From an uncultured Alphaproteobacteria bacterium (GTDB lineage Bacteria; Pseudomonadota; Alphaproteobacteria; CAAHEQ01; UBA3637), in the NCBI GenBank assembly GCA_949286245.1, contig CASECF010000076.1:1-54601 (forward strand): a DNA stretch of 54,601 nucleotides, given 5' to 3'. The translations under genes were made by a program, and so were the position numbers. The notes below the pieces were generated by a model. It was given only the letters and a program-made list of their open reading frames with translations, was not told the origin of the DNA and did not search any database. Within the stretch, counting starts at the first letter, position 1; every line of letters begins with the position of its first letter. Of the stretch, positions 19,756 through 27,016 are shown in pieces.

Positions 19756-20952
19756 ATGTTCTTCCCGCCCAAAATGCCAAAAATGACAGTCAGTCCCGTG
19801 CAATCTACTTCGGCGACGGTTTCTGTTCGTTCTTCGATCAGTGAAAACGAGACGTCTTTTAACTCCGCCGCTCCGAACATGCCGAAGGCAACCGCAAAAG
19901 GGGCAGAAACAATCCCCACCCAACAAACCGCTTCTGATCTGGCAAAAGCCACACAAAAAGCTCTTTTAGGAGAAAAACAAGAACCTGTTTATGCAACCTC
20001 CGTCAATGCCATTCCGTTTGCTGATTTATGGTTTACGCCGGAAAAAATAGCCTACATTCGAGACACGCGTACAAAGTTTGCTTTGGTTCCTTTGGAAACA
20101 GATGATTTAAAAGATTTTTATAAAGCATTAGAACAAGGATACACCGGTTCTTCCAGCTACGCTTTACGATTTGCCGGAGAATCTTATCGTGTTGAACGCG
20201 TTCTGACAATCACGGGAATTCAGTATAACTGTCGAAAAATGCCCGTCTCCACACCGGATATTTTTTCCTTAGGGGTTCCAGAACCGGTTGTCAGACATTT
20301 GATCAGTCTTTCTCAAGAATCGGGACTTATTCTTTTTGCCGGTCCGACCGGTATGGGAAAAACGACAACGGCTTCGGCATTAATGCGTAAATTTTTAGAA
20401 AATGACGGTGGCTTTTTGTACACGATCGAAGATCCGCCTGAAATGCCATTAGACGGGTTGTATCACGCCAAAAACGGGGCTCTTGGATTATGCAAACAAA
20501 CACCGGTTGAAAATGAGCGATGGGGAGATGCTTTAAAATCGGCCTTACGATCTCGTCCGAGATATATTTTGGTCGGAGAAATTCGAACACCCGAAACAGC
20601 CTCTCAGACCTTACGAGCCGCCACATCCGGTCACCTTGTTTTATCGACCATTCACGCAAACAGCGTAGAGGACTCTTTGAACTCACTCATTAAATACGCC
20701 AGCGGTGCCGGACTTCAGGAAAGCTTGGCTTCTGACTTGTTGGCTCGGGGTATTCTGGCTGTTGTTCATCAAAAGTTAGAAGGGACAACCGTCTTGAGGC
20801 CAAAGATTCATACGGCATTTGCCAACCCCAATCCACTCGTTGCCGATCAAATGCGTATGTCTATTCGAGACGGGAAAATCAATTTGGGAACACTGATGGA
20901 AGCGCAAGCAACCAAACTCTTTCAGGGGAAACCTCTCTTTAAAGAGATATAA
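19756..20952 (+). CDS. PilT/PilU-like secretion/pilus AAA+ ATPase (T2SS/T4P/T4SS ATPase family)
   Basis: Walker A GPTGMGKTTT, Asp box TIEDPPE, Walker B RSRPRYILVGEIR, His box GHLVLSTIH; QMRMSIRDGK resembles the PilT AIRNLIRE helix. Confidence 0.85.
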   Translation: MFFPPKMPKMTVSPVQSTSATVSVRSSISENETSFNSAAPNMPKATAKGAETIPTQQTASDLAKATQKALLGEKQEPVYATSVNAIPFADLWFTPEKIAYIRDTRTKFALVPLETDDLKDFYKALEQGYTGSSSYALRFAGESYRVERVLTITGIQYNCRKMPVSTPDIFSLGVPEPVVRHLISLSQESGLILFAGPTGMGKTTTASALMRKFLENDGGFLYTIEDPPEMPLDGLYHAKNGALGLCKQTPVENERWGDALKSALRSRPRYILVGEIRTPETASQTLRAATSGHLVLSTIHANSVEDSLNSLIKYASGAGLQESLASDLLARGILAVVHQKLEGTTVLRPKIHTAFANPNPLVADQMRMSIRDGKINLGTLMEAQATKLFQGKPLFKEI

Positions 20953-21003
20953 AAAAGATCTCCCCCATAAAAACGGCCCTCATCGGGTCGGCGGGGTTCG
21001 GTA

Positions 21004-21156
21004 TTTTCGACAAGTCTCGGCCTTTTTTTTCGACATGTCTCGGTTTTTTTTGATAAGTCTCGACTCTTTTTTCGACAAGTCTCGGTCCTTTTTTCGACAT
21101 GTCTCGATCCTTTTTTCGACATGTCTCGGTTTTTTTTGATAAGTCTCGACTCTTTT
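21004..21156. repeat. Seven tandem ~22 bp units, core YGAYAWGTCTCG plus T tract
   Basis: Cores start at 21008, 21031, 21051, 21073, 21095, 21117 and 21137; 21031-21070 is repeated exactly at 21117-21156. Confidence 0.95.
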
Positions 21157-21393
21157 AAAAGATATTTGCGATTCACCCAAACGTGTATGGATCAAAACGG
21201 CTTAAACCATTGACCCATTGAAGGGGCACAAATATCTTTATCCCCTTTGTCAATCTTCCTCTTTCAACCGATCAACAGGCGTTCTCAACGAAAATTCTCT
21301 CACGATTTTATCTGCCCGTTCCATATCTGATTTTTCAATGATATAACCCCTGCATCATCCCCAAAATCCGAGATAATACCCGACAAAAAATCA

Positions 21394-21422
21394 TTGACAA
21401 TTGGCTTGATTTATCTTACCTT
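21394..21422 (+). promoter_or_regulatory. Putative promoter of the lgt operon
   Basis: TTGACA-17 bp-TACCTT, followed by AAGGAG RBS. Confidence 0.55.
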
Positions 21423-21442
21423 TTCCTAAAAAGGAGATATAA

Positions 21443-22276
21443 ATGTATTCTGGAATTCCCTTCCCAAATTTTGATCCCATTGCCTTTCAAATCGGTTTTT
21501 TTGCCATTCGCTGGTACTCGTTGGCCTATATTTTTGGACTAATCGGTGCTTGGCTATTGGCTCGCAAAATGTCTAAAGCCTCGAACAGTGTTTTTACCGT
21601 TTTAAAAATTGACGATTTTTTAATTTGGGCCACAATCGGTATTATTGTCGGTGGTCGACTGGGATATGTTTTATTTTATAATTTAAGATATTTTATGGAA
21701 TTTCCTTTGCAAATTTTTGAAATTTGGAACGGAGGCATGTCATTTCACGGCGGATTGATCGGCGTTATTATTGCAACTCTTTTATTCTCATACAAAAAGC
21801 AAATCCCTCTTTTTGTTATGGGGGATATTTTAACGGCAGTTGCTCCGATCGGTTTGTTCTTGGGCCGTCTGGCTAATTTTGTCAACGGAGAACTTTACGG
21901 TCGGTTTACTCAATCCGTCCCTTGGGCCATGATTTTTCCGGACGGATCTAACCAACCCCGCCATCCCAGTCAACTCTATGAAGCATTTGCTGAAGGTTTT
22001 TTACTGTTTATTATTTTAAACGGTGTTTGGTGGTTTATGCCCAAATTCCGAAATAGACATGGTTTTATTACGGGACTGTTCTTCATTCTATACGGAGCTT
22101 TCCGCTTTATTTTAGAATTCTTTCGAGAACCGGACGCTCATCTGGGCTTTATTTTTGAAAACTTATCCATGGGTCAGCTTTTATGCATTCCGATGATTCT
22201 GTTAGGTGTTTGGATCATTTTACAAACATCTCCCGTTAAACAAGTTAAAAAATGGGATATCGGAGAAGATATATGA
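21443..22276 (+). CDS. lgt: Prolipoprotein diacylglyceryl transferase
   Basis: IRWYSLAY, GGRLGYVLFY, GGMSFHGG, GRLANFVNGELYGR, RHPSQLYEA. Confidence 0.98.
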   Translation: MYSGIPFPNFDPIAFQIGFFAIRWYSLAYIFGLIGAWLLARKMSKASNSVFTVLKIDDFLIWATIGIIVGGRLGYVLFYNLRYFMEFPLQIFEIWNGGMSFHGGLIGVIIATLLFSYKKQIPLFVMGDILTAVAPIGLFLGRLANFVNGELYGRFTQSVPWAMIFPDGSNQPRHPSQLYEAFAEGFLLFIILNGVWWFMPKFRNRHGFITGLFFILYGAFRFILEFFREPDAHLGFIFENLSMGQLLCIPMILLGVWIILQTSPVKQVKKWDIGEDI

Positions 22277-22854
22277 CATCTTTATCTCTCTTGTTTCGGC
22301 GTCTCGATTTTTTATTAAAAAAGAAGCTTATCATTCCCCTTCTTCGATCTCCCCATTCTGCCGAATATAAAGCCAAAGGTGTCGGGGTCGGATTGGCATG
22401 GGCCATGACACCATTGGTCGGAATTCAAATGTGGCTTGTTTTTATGACGTGGATCATTGCCAAAAAAGTTTTTCGATGGCATTTCTCACTTGCTTTGGGA
22501 ATGGCATGGACTTGGATCACCAATGTTTTTACACTTCCTCCCATATATTATCTTTTTTATGTGACCGGTCAACTCTTGAGAGGGAATTTCAGTAGTATCG
22601 GTGGATATCAAAATTTAAAAGAAATCATTGAAAAAACATTTCTGTCCGATCTATCCTTTATAGAACAATGGCTTCTATTTTTTAAACTATTGCTTCAAGA
22701 TTGGGGTATTTCTATGATGATCGGATGTATTCCTTTTGCAATTTTCTTTGGCTTTTTAGGATACCGTATGACATTAACTTTTGAACAAAAGAGACTCAAA
22801 CGTAAACTTTTAAAACAAAGGCAATCAAATGGAACAATCGACACTGCTCAATAA
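22273..22854 (+). CDS. DUF2062-family membrane protein
   Basis: LRSPHS...AKGVGVGLAWAMTPLVGIQ and TWITNVFTLPPIYY pattern; ATG overlaps the lgt stop (ATGA). Confidence 0.75.
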   Translation: MTSLSLLFRRLDFLLKKKLIIPLLRSPHSAEYKAKGVGVGLAWAMTPLVGIQMWLVFMTWIIAKKVFRWHFSLALGMAWTWITNVFTLPPIYYLFYVTGQLLRGNFSSIGGYQNLKEIIEKTFLSDLSFIEQWLLFFKLLLQDWGISMMIGCIPFAIFFGFLGYRMTLTFEQKRLKRKLLKQRQSNGTIDTAQ

Positions 22855-23458
22855 TCTTCACATTCAACATGGATTTTACAATGCACTGGATTCCGAATCG
22901 GTCATTGATCCGATCTTAATGAACCAAGTTCATTCGGCAGATGCTCTCATCATTGATTCGAAACCATCCCATACCCCCTCTGTCGATGCACTCATTACCA
23001 ACAAGCCCCATCTTTGCTTAACCGTCAAAACTGCCGATTGCGCCCCCGTTTTGTTGGCAGATCCGGAACATTATGTTATTGCGGCCGTTCATGCCGGTTG
23101 GAAAGGAGCCTTTCAAGGCATTTTGGAAAATACCATTCTCAAGATGCTCTCTTTGGGGGCCTCCGTCAACACGCTAATTGCGAGCATCGGACCGCACTTA
23201 CAGAAACAAAGCTTTATCGCCGGTGATGATATGAAGAGATTATTTCCGACAACCGAGGCTCATTTTTTTTCATCGCGACAGGACGGAACCTATTTATTTG
23301 ACTTTAACGCCTATCTGATTTATCGCTTACAAAGATCCGGCCTTCAAACAATTGACACCACCTCTATAGACACCTTTTCAAATCTCTCTTATTACAGTTT
23401 CAGACGTGACCCACAAAATCCCAAACGACAATACTCAACCATCTGCCTAACAGATTAG
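22829..23458 (+). CDS. pgeF: PgeF/YfiH family (peptidoglycan editing factor / purine nucleoside phosphorylase)
   Basis: QVHS, DALIT, KTADCAPVLL, HAGWKG, IGP, YYSFRR; short N-terminus. Confidence 0.92.
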   Translation: MEQSTLLNNLHIQHGFYNALDSESVIDPILMNQVHSADALIIDSKPSHTPSVDALITNKPHLCLTVKTADCAPVLLADPEHYVIAAVHAGWKGAFQGILENTILKMLSLGASVNTLIASIGPHLQKQSFIAGDDMKRLFPTTEAHFFSSRQDGTYLFDFNAYLIYRLQRSGLQTIDTTSIDTFSNLSYYSFRRDPQNPKRQYSTICLTD

Positions 23459-23477
23459 GGGGCTTTTAAAGCCCCCT
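23457..23477. terminator. Hairpin between convergent pgeF and the Fic gene
   Basis: agggggcttt-t-aaagccccct. Confidence 0.7.
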
Positions 23478-23498
23478 TCCGTGTTTTAGTATTTCTCA

Positions 23499-24521
23499 TT
23501 ATCGACCCTGCTCACGCATCCAATATTTTTGACGCGGAAGATAATATTTATGGGGTAATCCATTCAACCGCAACAAGGAATTCATCAAACTTTTACTCAG
23601 TTGTGCCAACATAAACAACTGATACGGACGTTGATCCAAATGAGCCGGATGATGGCATCGATTCAACGTCGCCAAATACATCCGTTTTTTCTCCGGACGA
23701 ATCACAATGGGCGGATACCCGTTTCTCATTAAAATCAAATTCATCAACAAGCGAGCCGTTCGACGGTTCCCATCTTTAAAAGGAGCAACAGAGGTTAATC
23801 GTTTATGAGCCTCAAGTGCCCTATCAATCGGAGAAATCGACTGATCATTTATATCTCGAACCAATTCCTTCATCATCAACGGCACTTTCTCCGGTGCCGG
23901 CGGAATCGTTTGAGAAGACGGAAAACGAGTTTGAACCGAACGATATACACCGGCATTTTCTTTGTCCGTATTTCCCAAGACCAAGGCATGCAGACGACAA
24001 ATCACCCCTTCATCAATCGGGACCTTTCCTTTTGAAAGCTTAAACATATAGTTAAGAGCCTTATCATAATCGGCTGTTTCTTGATGATACAAATCCTGAA
24101 CTTGTTTCAATTCTTGAAAGCGACGACATTTACTCATTTTTTGTTCCAAAAAATCAGATTTATAATTCATCCGATCTTTGAGCCAAGACCAATATCTTTT
24201 GGGTTCGAAACAATCCCTTAGCAACCTTAGATATTTCTGTTGTTTAATATAAATTTCCTCAATCAAGTGAGAGCAACAAGCATCAAAATCTTGTTGTCTA
24301 TGCTCCTTTTCCTGAGACAAAGCCATTCGCTTTTCCGGTGAGATCACAGAGAATTCCGCAAAACCGTTTAATGTCATCTCTCTTCCCTGTCGTTCCTGTT
24401 GGCGTTTCAAAAGAGCATATTGTTTTAACTCTTTCCAATCTTCTGCCGATAACCAATCTAAAGCCTCTCGTCTTTTTTGTCCGTGTAAAGAGAGAATCAA
24501 ATCCATCGTTTCTTGTTGCAT
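23499..24521 (-). CDS. Fic-domain protein with degenerate active-site motif and helical N-terminal extension
   Basis: LHALV, AGVYRSVQ, PPAPEKVP, HKRLTSV-APFKDGNRRTARLLMN (canonical HPFxDGNGRxxR); ATG at 24521 with GGAGG. Confidence 0.88.
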   Translation of the reverse strand: MQQETMDLILSLHGQKRREALDWLSAEDWKELKQYALLKRQQERQGREMTLNGFAEFSVISPEKRMALSQEKEHRQQDFDACCSHLIEEIYIKQQKYLRLLRDCFEPKRYWSWLKDRMNYKSDFLEQKMSKCRRFQELKQVQDLYHQETADYDKALNYMFKLSKGKVPIDEGVICRLHALVLGNTDKENAGVYRSVQTRFPSSQTIPPAPEKVPLMMKELVRDINDQSISPIDRALEAHKRLTSVAPFKDGNRRTARLLMNLILMRNGYPPIVIRPEKKRMYLATLNRCHHPAHLDQRPYQLFMLAQLSKSLMNSLLRLNGLPHKYYLPRQKYWMREQGR

Positions 24522-24696
24522 AAATCCTCCATTTATCAAATCGAGAACATTATATCTTATTTTTTATTTTTTTCAACTTTTTTTTCAACAAAATAATTCA
24601 CTTCAAAATTGCACTATCTTTAAGGGGTATTCAAGAAATATTTTTTTGACTTTTCTTAAGATTTTTTTTATACTTCATTTCAAAGGAATTCCGACT

Positions 24697-25383
24697 ATGA
24701 AATTTAATGCTCGTCCGCTTAAAACACATCTTAAAAAAGTTCGAGGTCGCACAGCCTCCAGTACCAAATGGTTGCAACGTCAAGTGAATGATCCCTATGT
24801 TTCGGAGGCACATCGGCAAGGATTTCGGGGCCGAGCTGCTTTTAAAATCATGCAGTTGGATGATCAATTTCACTTTTTTAAATCGGGTCGCCGTGTTGTT
24901 GATTTGGGATGTGCGCCGGGCGGTTGGTCACAAGTTGCCGTAAAACGTGTTCATTCGACGCCGGAAGATCCTCTGGTTGTCGGCTTAGACTTATTACCGA
25001 CAAAACCTATTTCGGGAGCTCACCTGATCCAATTGGATTTCACGTCGGATGAGGCCCCCGCTCGATTACAAGAGCTTTTAGGAAACCATAAAGCCGATAT
25101 CGTCATGTCGGATATGGCTCCCAATACAACCGGAATGCATGCCATCGATCATTTACGCATTATGAATTTATTGGAAATGGCCTATGATTTTGCCGTTCAA
25201 GTTCTCAATACAAACGGATTTTTTATTGCCAAAATTTTTCAGGGCGGAACAGAAAATACTTTTTTAGCACGGATGAAAAAAGATTTTGCCATTGTCAAAC
25301 ATGCCAAACCGGACGCCAGTCGTAAAGATTCTTCGGAAATGTATGTTGTCGCCATTGGGTTCAAAGGGAAAAAAGAGGATTAA
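24697..25383 (+). CDS. rlmE: 23S rRNA (uridine2552-2'-O)-methyltransferase RlmE/FtsJ
   Basis: WLQRQVNDPYV, RAAFKI, DLGCAPGGWSQ, SDMAPN, KPDASRKDSSEMY. Confidence 0.96.
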   Translation: MKFNARPLKTHLKKVRGRTASSTKWLQRQVNDPYVSEAHRQGFRGRAAFKIMQLDDQFHFFKSGRRVVDLGCAPGGWSQVAVKRVHSTPEDPLVVGLDLLPTKPISGAHLIQLDFTSDEAPARLQELLGNHKADIVMSDMAPNTTGMHAIDHLRIMNLLEMAYDFAVQVLNTNGFFIAKIFQGGTENTFLARMKKDFAIVKHAKPDASRKDSSEMYVVAIGFKGKKED

Positions 25384-25384
25384 G

Positions 25385-26482
25385 ATGCATCCCGAACAAA
25401 TCAAAAGTGCTGCTGTTGAGCTTCTCGATCAAATTTTTAAATCCGAACAACCGGCCAATGATCTCATCAATGCTTACACACGTTCTCGACGATATATCGG
25501 ATCAAAGGACAGACGTGCTTTAACAGATTTGGTTTTTGGTGTATTGCGTCACCGGGCTCGATTATGTTATCAAAAGTCCGATATCTCGGTTCTTGAGATG
25601 GTGGAAGCCTATCAAGACGGTTATTCTCAAACCGGTTCATTTCCTTTTTACATTCAAAACGAGGTTCCCGAATGGCTTGTTCAACACATCCCGCATGCCG
25701 AAACGGAGCTTCCGCCACTTTTAGAGACAGCATCGGTTGTTATCCGTGTTAACGGCGATCGAGATAAAATCAAACGTTTGTTGGAAAAAGACGGAATAGA
25801 GACAATCCCGACTTCTTATTCCCCATTTGGGTTAATTATGAAAAAACGATTTAATTTGGCAGGTCATCCTTTATTTAAAGCCGGAAAAATCGAAATTCAA
25901 GATGAAGGCTCGCAAGCCGTAGCCCTTCAAACACATATAAAACAAGGAGACACTGTTTTGGATTACTGTGCCGGAGCCGGCGGAAAAACACTGATGTTCG
26001 GTCAAATGATGCAAAACAGAGGAACAATCATTGCCCATGATGTTTCATCTATCAGTTTAAAAGAGCTTCAAAAACGAACTGCTCGAGCTGGTCTTAGTAT
26101 TGTCCAAACGACAACCGATTTACCGGCATTTATTCAAAAAAATCCCCATATTCATTTCAATCATGTTGTCGTAGACGCCCCCTGTTCCGGAACGGGAACA
26201 TGGCGAAGATGTCCGGATAGACGCTGGAAGCTCACTCCCGAACAATTTAAAAAACTAATCGAAACACAAAAAAGTATTTTAGAAAAAGCCAAAAATTATG
26301 TACCATCTCATGGGTTTCTTTCTTATATGACTTGTTCCCTTACACAAGATGAAAATCAAAATCAAGTGACATGGTTTTTAAAAGGAAATCCGGCTTTTAA
26401 ACTGATTCGTCAAGCCCGCTATTCTCCGGCTACCACAAGAACGGACGGTCTCTTTGTTGCGGTTTTACAAAAAACAAGATAA
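25385..26482 (+). CDS. RsmB/NOP family RNA m5C methyltransferase
   Basis: RRYIGSKDRR, IQDEGSQ, DYCAGAGGKT, VDAPCSGTGTWRR, YMTCSL. Confidence 0.92.
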   Translation: MHPEQIKSAAVELLDQIFKSEQPANDLINAYTRSRRYIGSKDRRALTDLVFGVLRHRARLCYQKSDISVLEMVEAYQDGYSQTGSFPFYIQNEVPEWLVQHIPHAETELPPLLETASVVIRVNGDRDKIKRLLEKDGIETIPTSYSPFGLIMKKRFNLAGHPLFKAGKIEIQDEGSQAVALQTHIKQGDTVLDYCAGAGGKTLMFGQMMQNRGTIIAHDVSSISLKELQKRTARAGLSIVQTTTDLPAFIQKNPHIHFNHVVVDAPCSGTGTWRRCPDRRWKLTPEQFKKLIETQKSILEKAKNYVPSHGFLSYMTCSLTQDENQNQVTWFLKGNPAFKLIRQARYSPATTRTDGLFVAVLQKTR

Positions 26483-26520
26483 CACAAATCTTCCAAATAA
26501 AATGGGATCTTGTATTTCGT

Positions 26521-26805
26521 TTACTCATCCTTCAAAAAAAGAAATATTATTGAGCACGTTCCCCAAAGCATTTCCTGATGTATGGCTTTTTGAAAAGCAG
26601 GATCCTCTTTTGTTTCATTCCAACTCCGCTTCATCGATGGAGTGCACCCGAACAAAACAGAGTATACCATAGTGATAATATCGAAAGGATAGATTATATT
26701 TTTCATAATATTGTCGAACCAAACAAAGTATATCACAAGTGATGACACCCAAATAGTGAGATGAACCAAACATTGTTTCAAATGATTTTCAACGATGACC
26801 GACAA
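26521..26805 (-). CDS. Possible small membrane protein or gene remnant
   Basis: 94 aa ORF with hydrophobic stretches fills the gap; TTG start, no clear RBS. Confidence 0.3.
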   Translation of the reverse strand: MSVIVENHLKQCLVHLTIWVSSLVIYFVWFDNIMKNIIYPFDIITMVYSVLFGCTPSMKRSWNETKEDPAFQKAIHQEMLWGTCSIIFLFLKDE

Positions 26806-26809
26806 TCCA

Positions 26810-27016
26810 TTCTAACGACCGGCTTTTCGCCTTGCGTGCCCTATTCCTTTATATCCCAAATAGGGGCAATACCGACCGTCCCAACAATATAGCCAAGCAG
26901 GAGATTTTTCTCTTTCTAACGACCGGCTTTTCGCCTTGCGTGCCCAATTCCTTTATATCCCAAATAGGCAATACCGACTGCGCCCAAAATATAGCCGAGC
27001 GGAAGATTCTTTTTTC
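26810..27016 (-). repeat. Tandem ~104 bp duplication of the last ~33 codons and stop of the 26916-28730 gene
   Basis: ttctaacgaccggcttttcgccttgcgtgcccWattcctttatatcccaaatagg...caataccgac at 26810 and 26914; the downstream copy has a 2 bp insertion. Confidence 0.95.

Noticed and set aside
21004-21156. CRISPR array, or coding repeat ORFs 20922-21176 and 20980-21195
   Set aside because: There are no unique spacers. Unit lengths of 20-23 bp shift the frame, so the ORFs are by-products of a stop-poor repeat.
21250-21385. Minus-strand peptide-like fragment GYIIEKSDMERADKIVREFSLRTPVDRLKEED*
   Set aside because: It is short, has an upstream in-frame stop and no recognisable family. It may be a remnant but cannot be supported.
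26810-27016. Diversity-generating retroelement template/variable repeat pair (also considered for the alaS duplication)
   Set aside because: The differences are not confined to adenines and include an indel, and no reverse transcriptase is present in the window.
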